Shown one piece after another: positions 29,885 through 43,741 of a stretch of 64,000 bases of DNA. The DNA is from Tubiluchus corallicola (Eukaryota > Animalia > Priapulida), in the NCBI GenBank assembly GCA_030141605.1, contig JAQGDQ010000225.1, positions 62,001 to 126,000 of the forward strand. The letters run 5' to 3'. Under the pieces are notes generated by a model. The model was not told the DNA's origin. It made no database searches and saw only the letters and a program-made list of their open reading frames with translations. Numbering within the stretch: position 1 is the first letter of the stretch; each line of letters starts with the position of its first letter. A program made the translations under genes and the position numbers.

Positions 29885-32800
29885 CTAGGCGACCAAGTCT
29901 TCCGCTGGTGTCACCTCCTCCTCCTCCTTCTCCTCTGAAACTTTTACAAGCTTCTCATTTTTTTCCTTCTCTTTTCTCTCTTGTATTCGCCTGCAGCTCA
30001 ACCATCCGGCTACCGTCCCTGGCAGGATCTTGTATTTCTCAACTGCTGCAAGAATTGAGTTCTCTAAAGCAAATTTAGCCACTTCCTGCCGGACGGCTAC
30101 CGGAAACACCTTTCTCTTTCCGAAAATGTTGTTGTCCATGTCGTAGTCGTAGAATTTATTGTTGACCCAAGTTAAGAGAGTGGACGGTGGTATCTGGAAC
30201 GTGTCCGAGGCTTCCATTATGCTGTGGTCAACGGCATAGCGACTCGCAGAAACACGTACCTTCCACGGATACGTGCGCCTGCGGAATCCATGTCGCTTCT
30301 TTCCAGGAATACGTGTCCTTGGAGATGCTGCTCCAGCTTCGGGACGTCTCAGTTTAAACACCAATTTCAAAGAGTCATCTCTCTGTATAACTTTATCTAC
30401 AACGAGTTTTTTCTGCTTTGGCAGAGATGTGATGTGACTAAACTCATCATTGTGCGACAGCAGCTCGCTATGCTGGCTGTCGTCACCGACAGGCTTCCTT
30501 CGCTTCTTTGTTTTTTCTTTACCATTAGTCACCATATCTGTCTCATATTGTACAGGTACGTGACAACTTGGAGTCTCTGCAGCATCAAAGTGCTCAACAG
30601 ATCCAACAGCTTTTCCATCAACATTCACAGTTTCTACCTTGTTTTTTGGCATGTTTCTTAAAACCGCATTCTCTCCTGTTTCTTGTTCCCCTTCAAGCGA
30701 TCTTCTTGTATCATTCATTTTCTCCTGAGTGTCTTCCAAACTTGACATTTTAGATTCTTCAAAGCTGGCCGAGGAAGTTGACCTTGAAAGACTGTCCAGA
30801 TCGCTCAAGTCGCTTCTTTCATAGGGCAACGTTGAGATGCTGTCAGGACTATGACACTTACTGTCGGTCTCATCAATGAGATGTTTTGACTTTTTCGTAA
30901 AATTTGTATTGCTGCTTCGCTCAGATGTCACCCGACTGTTTAGCAATATGTTCTGTGTTTCACTTGACTTTGACATTTTAGCTGCTGCGTCTCTTCGTCG
31001 TCTCCACAAGTACAGTGTGGGATAAGAAATGCCCATGTGTCTAGACGCAGCCAAAGGACCATGTTGGTCAGCATATCGACAGGCCTCTATTTTGAAATTC
31101 TCCGAATATTTATTACCAACATGTCCAAGTCTGACTCGACGACGGACAAATTTTCTGTTCACCTTGGTGCACTTTTTGGGTGATGACAAACTGATTTTCT
31201 TTTCAGTACTCGTTAAAGATTTCAAAGTGGCACTTACTTCTTTTGGTGATGGCTTTTTCCCATGATGCTTCTGGTACACCCACCGTGAAATAATTCGAGG
31301 AAAAACACCAAAGACTGAAGCTGCGCTGTGGATTCCCTTCAGTAAAGTGTAGTTAATTACATTTTCTTGAAAAGTATCAGTGTAATCTTCGTTATCACAC
31401 AAAGAAAGCTCGTCATTGTACGATGTTTTTAGCCACGGTTTGTGTAATAACTTTTTACAGTGTGGTCCAGCATTCAAACCCAGTTTTTTAATAACTTTAA
31501 TTTTTGGCGACTTTGTATGGCAATCATATTTGTTTTTGACTTCATCTTTATCTAATTCATGCACAGTTGGCTTGTTTTGTGGTAGCTGGTCGGTTTCTTT
31601 AATGCGAGGAGGACTGGAAAGAATTTTTAATAAAAGTGGTTTATTTGGAGAGGACAGTCGCACGTGAATGGGGGTGCCGGTACGAGGGTCACGTATTTTC
31701 AAGGTGTAAGTGTTTAAACTCTGTGCATTTTGCTCGATTTTCATGCAAGGGGAAGGCAAATTAGTGTCGTTAACACTAGATTTTGGTATTTGCACTAAAA
31801 GAGGAAGAGAATTATTTTTGACAGAACCACTTTTACTGGTGGATGCTGAAGAATGACATTCTTTCTGGCCGCTCGACAAGTTAGAATTGCCTTTGCCAGG
31901 TGTTGGCATTTTAAATGACTGAACCTTTGGCATTTTAGAAAGCAAAGAAAATAAACTTTCGCTGGGCTTCCCTCCACTGGAGGGTACAAAAGTTTGAGGT
32001 TTATTTTGTTTGTTGTTCATCATATGTGTCGTTGCAAGGGTTGTTGTCAGAGGCGCCTCAGATTTCTTGCAAGATGGAAGGCGTAGCTTCCCCTTTGGCA
32101 CCACTATAAATTTTGGTTCAAAGTTCTTGTCTTCAACTCTGTATACGTCTTTATTCATATCTGTCACTGTACCTTTGCAAGCAAACTTTACCGGGGAGAT
32201 TTTTATCGGACTGCACTTAACTCGGCCTTGCTGATTAGAAATCGGTGAGCTGTTTGAATCCAGTCGTACATTTCCTAATTTATTAAGCTCGTTTGCTCCG
32301 TACACAGCCACAACTTTTGGTGAGAAGCGAACATCGCTTGTACTTTTTGGCTTGATATCAGTAGCATTCTTGCCTGCAACATTGGCTACAGTAACTGCAC
32401 ACATTTTCAACCGTTTCTCATTTGCAAGCATTGAATGAGTAACATTTGGTTTTAACGGAGACAAGGGAGGTAAAGGTTTTGCAATATTAAACCGGATAAC
32501 ATTGGGATGAGTCACATGTGCCATTTTCAGGAGTGCCCCGGCTGCATCCAGCTGCTTACAATACATGTTGTGTTGTGCATTAACTACTTTACTTCCCAAA
32601 TCGTGGTTCATGCTCTCTGATTTTAACTTTGCCGAAACCGATTGTTCTGTTGCACTTGCAGAAGATGCAGCGGCTGGTTTTCGAGTGGGAAACAACGAAC
32701 TAAGAACTTTGTTTATAGTCATGTCTACAGAGTCTAAAGTGCGTGAAGGTCCAGTTGACAGGTATGATGTCTCTGGGTTCTTAAGGTAATTTTTGCGACA

Positions 32801-35800
32801 CTTTTCGTAACACAATATACTGTTTTTCGTAACATAGTCACAGTTATCAATTACTTCTTTACTCCATAAGCTGACAACCCGGTTTATGGAAATGTCGATC
32901 GGATCAAGTTGGTTTGTTCCAGCCTCAACATCATTTACAAGTCTTTGAACTACAGCTTTGACAACTTTATCAACTGCTTCAGAAGCTTGCGATGCAGAAT
33001 CATCAAATTTGTCTATTGTAGCAGATGAAATTTGACCAGCATTTTTCTGATAACATATTTCATCGTGTTGCTCTTTGTGGTGTCTTCCAAATGACTTGCG
33101 AAATGGCTTCAAAATGCATTGAGAGGTTACAGAAACAAGGCTAATAAGCTCTTCTAATAACATCTTAATGTCGTGTTCATCTGAGACAACAGAAAATTTT
33201 TCATTGTTCTTTGAAGGACAATTATGATTTCTGTGAGGCGATTTCAGAGAAACAGTGTCAGGAACAAAGTCCATTATTTCTTTGGCATTTTTTGAATTCT
33301 CAAAAACACATGAAGAACAGAATTGAGAATCAGAGATCATTGCAGTTTCTGAAGCCCCATCCATTTGGTATTTGTCGGCATCATCAATAATTTTCCTGTC
33401 ATTTTTTGACTGGCAGATTTCAACAGCACTAGAGGACAATGCAGCTTCAGGAACAGAACTCACTACATCTTTTGATGCAGTTTTTTTAATATCCATCATT
33501 TCTTCGTTACTCGCAGAGTACCAGATTTTGATAGCGTCAGAAACATTCTCAGCAGTAATCGTTTGGGAAACAGAAACATTGTCAGCTGCACTTTTGGTTT
33601 CAGATGTGTTACTATTAGCAAACATTTGTTTGTCAATCCTTTGGTGACAAATCTCAGCCATACCTGGGGGGGACACCTCAGAAAGAATGATACTAGGAAC
33701 ACTGTACACTACATCTTCTGACATGATACTATGATTGGCACTAACCTTTCCGTCAAATGTATTTGAATGCAAAGTGCTATCCATACATGACAGCGTGTTA
33801 GGAACAGTTTTAGAAACTGATTCCACTCTGTTTTCTAATATACTGTCAGCAGTGCAATTATTCCTGTCTATAATTGCTTCCTCATTGAATGCCAAACCAG
33901 ATTGTTTGGTATTAGGAGTTGGAGATAACTTCCAAGGAAATGCAAGGCTTTTGCAAACGTTGCTTAAGACTTTTTCTAATGTATCCTTGACGAGCCCCTC
34001 AAGGATTGCGCTGTTTACTGGTGAATACTCACTGCTGACTGGCCTAGCAACAGTGCTTGGATCAAATGAAACATTTTCGACCACAGTGTCTAGCAATAGC
34101 CCCAGCACATGTCGAACTGAGTATTTATCCTCAGAAATCACTTTCAAATTTTTTTGATTCGTCAAGTCACTTGATGGCAGAATACTTGCATTATTCCACC
34201 TTTTCATTGTCCACTTGTCATGCAGACTGGAGCTCTCTGCACTTCTGTGGACAAGTCCCGTTCTTCGGCGAACATGACCCATGGCTTGCGCATCCGTCCT
34301 ACTAATTTGACTTGCAGGACTAATGCTCGGCAGGGGGCACAGATCTAAGCCTCTTAAAAATTTACATTTGTGGTGTTCTACAGTTGCACTTGGTGTGCAG
34401 CAGCCTTGCACTGACAAGCTTTCTTGTTTCTTTACTCTCGTGTATGTCTTCTGATTTTGTTTTTCAGATTTCGTTTCTTTTGTAGGTGCAACTTTGGTCC
34501 CTCTGGCTTCGGTCCACCACAGGTGGCGACGTTTCTTTGGCCTTAGGCTGTAACGATTGTTGTCAACATCTGAAATTCAGCAAAAATATTGCTTAAATTC
34601 CTTAAATTAAGTCTGGCATTAATCAGTGCTTTGTTTTGCTCCTAGAAATACTCTAGGAAATGTTGCATAAGCCAAACAAGAAGTAATAAAATGCAAAAAA
34701 CCTTCACCTTGCCATGTTATCAAGTTAGTTTAGTCAATTTTTTGGAGCTGCTGGGCACAATTGCCATCATATTATTTGACAGCTTAAAGACAAACAACTT
34801 CAACTTTGTGTACTGTGAATTTAGTAATACATTTAAATCTTAAAATTTCTCTCAAAGTAAATAAGAAATATTACTCTAGCTTACCAAGTGTTGAATTTTG
34901 CAGCACGTTGCTGACAGGATACAACTTCTTAATATGGTTTGACTGCTGCCACTTACGAACAAGATCCATATAACCTAAAAGAAACTAATGTTACAGCATT
35001 TACACTAGTCAGCTTGACAGTTGACACATTTGCTCCAAAACGCTGCTTACACAATCATAAAAAAGCGACAACGATATATACAAAATTGGATGTTTTCGAA
35101 AACATGAAAACAACAAAGACATTAAGCCAAGTGCAAAAAAGCTACAAATAACAAAAAACTAAAAACTGATAAACAATTCCAACTATGTAAGATACTTACA
35201 ATTGCTTATACACTCCATCTGCTTGCATGCTCGCTCAATGATGCCGTCCACAAGGGAAGCAACAAAGAGTTTTGCCGAAGATGCTGAAATATAATTCAAA
35301 GCCACAATTACATTCGTTACAAAAAATTCAATTCAGATTATGATACTTAAATTCATAAAAAAACATCAGAGGTTTTTACACTTTGCTGATTTTACCATTG
35401 TTGCACTAAATTCACTTATCTAAATTTCACTTATGACTATTTCTAGTTAGAACAAATGTTGGCTTAATGTACAATATAAATTTTAATTAAATGCTGTTTA
35501 AGTCTAATACCATTTTCAACAATATCACAAGCACAGTTACTAAGTTTTGCATTTTGAAAATTAGTACGAGACCTCTACACTAGGAAAATCTAGTAAAGTA
35601 GTTGGTTTGCAAGCGTTATAACATGTAGTGAATCTTCTCTTTTTAAATCAGTAATCTCCTGAAAACGGCTTCTATTCTTGCCCGATTCAGATCCTGTACA
35701 TCCACAACACAAAAAAATGTTTAGCTTGAGTATCAGATGACTTGCTTGGGACAAGTAATTACAAATACTTGAATAAATGTCCTTCATACCTTCTTGGTAG

Positions 35801-38800
35801 GGAATGACATCTGATCGTTCACGGAAGCCCAAATCATGGGATATGATGATGTCGCGATTACCGATCTCAGCTTCCGTCACGTAATCAAGCAGTCTAGGGG
35901 AACGGTACGCGGACGAACTTCCGCAGTCGATCATGTGGGAAACTGAAAAAGAACGGAGTGTGGAGTTTTCTTTAACCATTAATAATCAGACAGGAAAACG
36001 AAGAGAATATGAATGAAAAAATTTTGTTGTTCACAAGCAAAATATTTTGAGTGGTTAGCAAATAAAATGAGACAAAGGAATTGTGTTTTTATTAAACATT
36101 ATTAACTTACCTTCATTTTCAATAACTATTCATAATAGAGAATACATATTTCTTCATATGTAAAATACATTAGCTACAAATTAAGAAGCAATGTTTTTCC
36201 TAGTCATACAATCTGACAAAACTAACTGCATGAACTTTTAAACAAAATAAATAAAGGTCTTTGAAGGTCTCAGCTACTAGAATTAGGGATGCCATTTTGT
36301 ACAATGTTGATAGTCAAATCGAAGTTAAAAACTATTGTATCTTCTGCCAAACTATCGTATTTCCCGCTAAATTGCCCAAAACCCAAATTCACTACATACA
36401 CCAACAAATCATTGCACAATTATGTACTTAACAAGTAACTACAACACCAAAAAGTGGCATTAACAACTGTAAAGTAAAATTTATAATAACACAGTGAAAT
36501 TCCACTAATTTCTGTATGTGCAGAAATGCGACTCATCGTCTTTACCATGAGTATTCTTTTTTGAAATTACTGTTTTTTTTTCAGTAAATTGTGACCATTA
36601 CTGCGACCAGTGTGCTTCGGACTACAACAAAATCAAAATTCATTTACTTCCCAATGGTGAGTAATAACATTTTGAATGTTTTCAGTGCACAATTTTTACA
36701 AACTCATTTTTTTTGAATTACTGTATAATTATTGACTACCGCATAGTCTCTTTTTTCGGCAGCCTCAAATTATCGGATATCCTGATAATTATCGTATAAA
36801 CAGTAACACAGAGCAGAACATACCTAGTTTATTGCCGTTGCCATCCACAAAACCACACTGGCATTCAAACTGTGTCACCATGTGAGCAGGTTTCAGTCGA
36901 TTTGCAGACACAGTGCTGTCTGTCACATGACTTTTCACGACATGCTCGGTAAAAGCCGTCCCGCAGTTAGAGGTGTATCGGCACATTGGACACATGAGAT
37001 AGCGTCTAAATATAGTAGCAAAGATGTAACCCAATTGCAAAGCATTCACACACAAGACAAAGGATTTTGAGTTTCATTGCCACAAAGTAGTTCACAAATT
37101 TTAAAAACCACTTTTTCTTTGCTTTATAGTCAGGAATTGAGTATGTTAATGAAAAAAAAGTGTATGTTCAAGCAGGACCGTCTTAACAGCATTATGAGCA
37201 CCTAGGCAAGGCAGCGCACCGGCACTACTACACTACACACTACCTCACAACCACTCGCAGGAATAAACATAAATGGCCGACAAAAGTAAAGCAACAAGCA
37301 TTTATTGTACTGGTATCTCCAACAAAATCAGTGTTTAAACATTGAAAAGCATGCTGTACTGATTATTGCTATTAACTGTGAAATGATTTGAAGTGACGTT
37401 AACATATGCGTTTCTACATTATGTAGTGTACGAGATCCGTACACATAGTAAACACATAGATGCACGTGAGGTTGCAGAGGTGACAGTGATACTAAATCAG
37501 AGGCAAATGTCATTGTCCTCTTGTAACATAATAAGAAATATTTATAGATTACATTAGCATGGGGCCCGCGGGGAACTGCCCAGTGTGCCCATGCATTAAG
37601 ATGGTACTGTTTTCAAGCATCAGCAAGTACCAATGGCTGCTGGCTTACAGTGAAAATATGTTCACTAGTCAATATTTCCACACTGCACAGAAAATTCTTA
37701 ATTTACTTTTGTACCTTCAATGAACGAGAGAAAAAAGTAGCATTTTAAACAGTGCTAACATAATGGCTAGTTTAAATCACCTGAAATGATTTCTCATCTC
37801 CATTGGATAGTCACATTCTATACAGCAGTAGCCAAGCTGGGTGATAATTTGTAATCCAGTGTAGTCTAACCGAGGAGGTACGACGTTCAAACAGATTAGA
37901 GATTCTTCAGCAGAGGAGATGCCATCAGTTTCTCTCTCCTGTTCCAAATCCACAACTTCAAGTACAGAAACTTAAAAAAAGAAGCAATTTCATGCTAAAA
38001 TGTAACAGAAGAAACAGAAGGAACATGTAACAGAAGGGAAATCAAACACAGTTTTCATGACTGACGATGTGCCTAGTGAATTGACAAACAGCATAATCAA
38101 GTGTTCATTCCACATTCGTAACTAATTACAGGAGCATTTATTTGTTTGGTTTAAACTGTATTATTCAATGAGGAGCTAGAAAGCCCTCAGCAAAAGAGCA
38201 TAGTTGGCCCGATAAGATTGTTACACGTGGAACACACTGCAAAAAGTGTTTTCTGCTTTGATATGGATTTTAGTTTTCGCTTAAATTATACTAAATCTCA
38301 CTAATAAGAGTATCATAGTCATAATGCACTTGCAAATTACATCCATATGCAGACATACTCTATGCTTATTTTAACTAAAAATGTATTTTTGTATAGGCAC
38401 AGATTGCAATTTTAACCTAAAAGAACACTATACTAAATGTATGTGAAAAACATATGAAAAACTGTCGTAATGTGTGGGTATAACAGTATGTTTCTGATTG
38501 TTGCTATCTTCAAAGAAATCATGTCACTGGTGTATGTTGATCACATACACTTGAGTGGTGGGCATATTACAGAGCCTTGTTATATGCGAATCCTAAAAAA
38601 ATCGTAAAAAAATTCAAATCTGCACTAATTCAGCCCAAAATTTACAGTCTCCGAGCTTGAACCATATCCTATCCTTGTGCCAGGTATAAACTTCTTAATT
38701 TACACCAGACCCCAGAAAAAGTGGCGACAGACAGACGACCAGACACAACCAATAATCCTATAGCTGTTTGCTCAATGTCACGCTTGGCACACATGAAACG

Positions 38801-41800
38801 GAAAATATGACTTCAATGCAATCCTACCAAATTTTGTGGGCAATCCAAAAAATCGGTAAAGATACTTATTGAAATGCAATGATAAACCTTCCAGCAACAC
38901 CCTTTTGGGCTTTGTCTGAATCACTGATCAGATCAGCCATAACATTGCTAACCTTGTGGCAATTTAGGTTCGTCCTCTGACCAATTTCACTCATCAGGGA
39001 TAAACAAGTAGTTTTCTAAAACCGTGTTAAAACATTTAAAATGAAAAAGCTAAACAAAAAAGAAAAATGAAGGCAAAAGACATACTTGCGCCATCTTGTT
39101 CCGAGAGATTGCTGAATCCGTGAGAATTCGCTCTGTGGTGAGCCAAGTCAGTCGGCTTCACGAAAACTAGCTGACAACTGTCACAGCGCCTTACACTCTT
39201 ATTCAGGTGACTGTGCAAATGACGCACGTAATTCTGCTGCACAATGCGGAATGCACGCAAGCAGTACGGACACAGAACACTCTGACCATCTTTGTGAACC
39301 TGTAACATGGATAAAAATATTGAGGGTAATCAAATAAATACTAGATTGGCAAAAATCTGAGCATGCAGAGATCTGCTCATTAAAATTCTAGCTACCAGAG
39401 CCAGGTGAGCAAACTGCTTTATGTATATGTAAAATTTCCAGCTGTAGAGGCGAGCATTTTCTGCTAGAAAACATACTATTCCTGCAGTGAAACAATGCAT
39501 ACTATTCCTGTAGTCAAACAATGCATACCATTTCCGAGGACAAAAATGAATACTACTCCGGCAGTCAAACAATGCATACTAGTCCTATGGTCAATTAATT
39601 CATACTATTCCAGTGGTCAAACAATGCATACTATTCCAGCAATCGAACAATGCATACTATTCCAGTAGTCAAGCAATGTATACTGTTCCAGCAGTCAAAC
39701 TATGTATACTATTCCAGTGGTCAAACAATGTATACTGTTCCAGCAGTCAAACAATGCATACTATTCCGGCAGCCAAACAATTCACACTATTCCTGTGGTC
39801 AAACTAAACTCTTACTGTATTAAAATGATCCATCAAATCCTTATACAGAGCAGAGCGGAAATGACAAACGTCGCAGTGATATGGCATTTCGCCAGACACA
39901 TGCACTCGAGTTAGGTGCAAGCGTAAATCTTTCAATGAATCCATGTTCTTGGCACAAATCTTGCAAACTGTCGATGAACCAGGAGCATGTAACTGAAAAG
40001 TGAATAGCTGAATGAGATAATGGCAAATAACATATACCATAATGTACTTTAAAGTGTAATTATTACCATTTAAAATAAGCACAGTTGCTCATCGAAAAAG
40101 ACATGCTTGTATGAAGTTTTACATGACATCTTGGAAAACTGCTAGTTGTTGCAAGAAACACCCTGTCTTCACATGCAATCTTTTGTGCGAATTTTTTTTA
40201 TGCAAGCAGCCTAAAAATAAAACTATCACTTTGCAAACTTTGCTGAGAAAACTGTACGTCTTAACATGTTATTGGTTCCAACGAAATTGAACTGCTTTAC
40301 TGAAATATTGTATTTTTTAACAATTGCCATAACATTTGGATAAGCAAGCAACGCATACAAACAGTAATCTTAGTTCATCAATGACTACAGGCATCAGTGA
40401 AATTAAATGAGGCGGATAAATGTTGCCAACTCCAAAAGGTATACATGGAGCTTCAGTCGCCTGTGTTTGAGCTTTCCGTGTTAACTTAATGCTCTGAGGT
40501 CGAGTTTTGCAGCAAATGTTATTTGTTTTATTAGCAAGCATTAAAACAATGTTTCTGAGAAGACCAATTTCCCTAAGAATGGCAAAAGTCCATACTATCA
40601 TGTTTGGCAAAGACCTAATCTAATTGCATAGCACACTAAAGATACCTTCTTTTCACTTCGGGTTTTGCAGCATGGTTCAAAGAACAAAAACATAGGTGAA
40701 AAAAACTCACCTGATCAATGTGATTCTGCAGTTCAAAAGGTGTGCCGAACATGGCTTGACAGAAACGACAGGTGAGTAGATCTTCCAGCTCGTGAACGAA
40801 TGACATATCCCGCATCATGTGAGCTTTGTAGTGTCGCATCATGTGAAGGTTGTTCTTCAGGTTCTTTGTGCAGATGAAACACTTAAAATACAAACAAATT
40901 AGGCCCATTTCACAGTGAGAGCGCTCAAGGAAGAATGACGCATGGAATTGCTGTCAGAAAATCAGAAAATTTCCGATTTTTCTCGAAATCCCACGCAGCA
41001 AGAAAGTTCATTTTACAGCGAAACTACTCAGCTTTTTTCTGCGCATACAGTTAACTGCAGCTAGTTTGCAAGTTTTATACTGTATAACCATGTCTAAATT
41101 AAGTTACACTTATCTTATTTCTTATATACAAAGTAGAATTAATAATGCTAGTCAATGTAAAGTCAGACATGTTTGTCTTTTAGTAAAGTTCTACTAAGCA
41201 CTTCAAGATCTGAAAGCACACATACATATAAAATAAATTTAAGCATGCATTCTTTTTCTATTTCACGAATACAGCCATCAATGTTGCATCAATAAAACAT
41301 AAAATCGTCAGTCTGTTAATCTATCAATTGTTGTTTGCTAAATAATAAAGAAGTGATTGAATAGTCAAATTTAAGGCTGAATTCCATGCGAGGAAAAATG
41401 GAACATGCAGTATTTCTACTATGCGGCAAAATTTTTCATGAGGCGGATGCATAGCTTCTACACTGTAGCTGGAGGCATTTAACTCAAGGCCTCCCATACG
41501 AAAGCCCATGCCTTAAACTTGATTGTCAAACAGTTGAACGGCAGGAAAGGGGAACAATTGCAGTGTTTGCAGTATGCACCATTTTAGATCACATTTGATG
41601 CGTCTAGCTTCTAATGTTTGTAATTCAAGTTTCTTTAATCGACATAAATACAAATCATTTCCAAGGTTACAGTGCTCAAAAAGTCTTGTTGTAAAATATT
41701 GTTGAATTCTTCTAACATTATCGAAGTCTAAAGTGACCATACGAATGTGCAGTGTTTGAATGCTGCTTCGGAATTGTCAACTTTATTTTAGATATATGAA

Positions 41801-43741
41801 TGTAAAAATCTATTAGCATAAATCAATCAATCAAAGTTCATCAAATAAGTTTATTTAGCAATAATTGAAGCACTAACATACCCATAAAATACATAACATT
41901 TCCCTTTTTACTGTGACACTAAGTCAAAAAACTGTACCTTCATTTGCTCAAAATTCTGTATGCGATTGTACGCTCTTTGGTCTAACAACTGAAGGACTCT
42001 ATTGCCTTCTTGGTGCATGTAAGAATATATCAGAGGCTTCTTATCGAAATCTTGTGTCAATCCCGCTAAAACAATGAACAGCGAACATTGTTGCAATGTT
42101 GCAAACAAGCAAGTTATCTAAGATTTTCAAAAAGTGAAACCATATTAAACAAGATTTATGCAGCGCAGCTAGTAATTTTGGGATTTAATAAAATTCAGTG
42201 TATTTTGAAGCACCTAAAGTACTTTTTTGTCTGCTGTCCAGGTAACAAAATACCTGTACATTTTCGTTAGGCATTGTAGACGTATGTACAGAAATTGGAA
42301 GTTTAGTTTTCTTCCAAAGGATGCAGTGGGTTGGAAATTAAGTTTTTAACAAAAACGGAAACTAGTCCCAAATAGCATGGTGTAAGTTCACTGTATTTTG
42401 ATTCATCCAATAGCATTTATGGACTGCTTCCAAATCTCCAGATACTGCCTTGGCCTGTGTTAAAACTCTTAAAGGAAAACCGGACGATTGTTTAGACTCA
42501 ATATCTTATTTTAATTTACTGTCCAGAATATACATTTTCTTGCCTATAAAAGTTAGCAATTGTTTCTTATATTTGAATAATTAGTTTACAAAGTTAATTA
42601 AGGGCAATCCAACACAGCTACAGCTTAAGTCAGAAACTAACCACAGTTTGTGCGATGGCAGGCATCTTCCCTTGCACATCAAGCACATTTGCATAAATGT
42701 TACAATACTGTTTAAATGCGTGATGTCACGAAAATGGGCTCTACGTCATATTATGCCAGAAACTAACACGACAGTTCATGATCATGGTTAACACGGTGCG
42801 ACAAAAAGAACAAAAATGCACCATTGCCAATCTTAGTAGATTCACTAAGCCATGCATAGCTTTGAAAGTTTAACAAAATTTGAGTATCCGAGGCAATTAT
42901 TCTTTAATCTAAGCTTCGATTTAAAAAAAGGTATTGTAGTTTTCAATATTTTAGTGCATTCTTTAATCTGAACTAATGTTTACATCCGGTTTTCCTTTAA
43001 GAAATTAGCAGAGACACGATTAGGTTGAATGGCTCACAATGCAAAGAAAAAACAATTCTCTAAGGCTGAGAGTTAGGGCATGGCAGCGAGTTGCATACTT
43101 CCCCAGTCAGAAATACATCATTTTCATTACTGAAGTTTTGGGGTTAACATAATCGATTGTTAATCCATCACTAAAACGGTTATCATAATAGTTTATGTAA
43201 GCATACTATTAAATCTGTTTTAAAAGCAGTAGCTGCAGCACCAAACAATAAACAAATCCCATTTGCAGATATACAATGTAACTAAAACATTTACATGTTT
43301 ATTTAGCATTGCTGTACCTTGTTCGTTGTTCTTTGCTTGGATCCCCAAATATTGCTGCCTCCTCAACTGCCATTGTCTGCTGGAAATCTTCTTTCTTTTT
43401 TTCCTGACATCTGATATCATAAAAACAATGACATGATTATGCAAGAACCAAATTTACATGGCCACTATCAAGAATTTATAGTCGGTACTGTACATAGCAA
43501 GACACAGGGAATCAAGCAATAACATATCATCAATTTTATTAATGAAGTTCAATAGCTAAGTTTATCTCCTACTGATTTGTTATCACAAGACTCGTAAAAC
43601 ACAGCAATTACAGGATTTGAAATTAACGTACGTACTGTGCTTCAAACTAGAGTCCAGTCTAGGCCTCTTCTTCACAGTCTCCACCACATAACAAGATGGC
43701 ATTATCCTTTTCTTAGCTATACGGCGAGCACGGTGATCCAT
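29885..43741 (-). CDS. POGZ: POGZ/ZNF280/Row-like multi-C2H2 zinc-finger protein with four C-terminal Brinker-like HTH repeats, 12 coding exons, ~2090 aa
   Basis: Exons in transcript order: 43741-43636, 43410-43318, 42065-41938, 40881-40711, 39992-39816, 39299-39086, 37970-37781, 37005-36824, 35942-35790, 35283-35200, 34974-34885, 34569-29885 (6273 nt, GT-AG, frame intact). Fingers CFICTKNLKNNLHMMRH, CRFCQAMFGTPFELQNHID, STVCKIC, GEMPYHCDVCHFRS, LCPYCLR and CIECDY...NHFRRYLMCPMCRYTSNC follow the POGZ/ZNF280 array order. Strict orthology and the start codon are less certain. Confidence 0.8.
37173..37609. mobile_element. hAT-type MITE
   Basis: TIR caggaccgtcttaa/ttaagatggtactg; TSD tgttcaag/ttttcaag (7/8). 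Confidence 0.75.
39470..39805. repeat. ~26-bp minisatellite adjacent to a zinc-finger exon donor
   Basis: Unit approximately aacaatgcatactattccagcagtca; it explains the spurious ORFs at 39613 and 39702. Confidence 0.9.
41500..41745 (-). mobile_element. LINE ORF2 C-terminal remnant
   Basis: RRIQQYFTTRL...RLKKLELQTLEARRIKCDL resembles the C-terminus of CR1/L2-type ORF2. Confidence 0.6.
42473..42996. mobile_element. Non-autonomous TTAA-flanked DNA transposon (Kolobok-like)
   Basis: TTAA-aggaaaaccgga ... tccggttttcct-TTAA: perfect 12-bp TIR starting AG, with a TTAA TSD. Confidence 0.75.

Noticed and set aside
35590-35694. Possible extra POGZ-like exon (GSESGKNRSRFQEITDLKRED...)
   Set aside because: There is an in-phase acceptor but no usable donor before TAG; it could only be an alternative terminal exon, which I cannot support.
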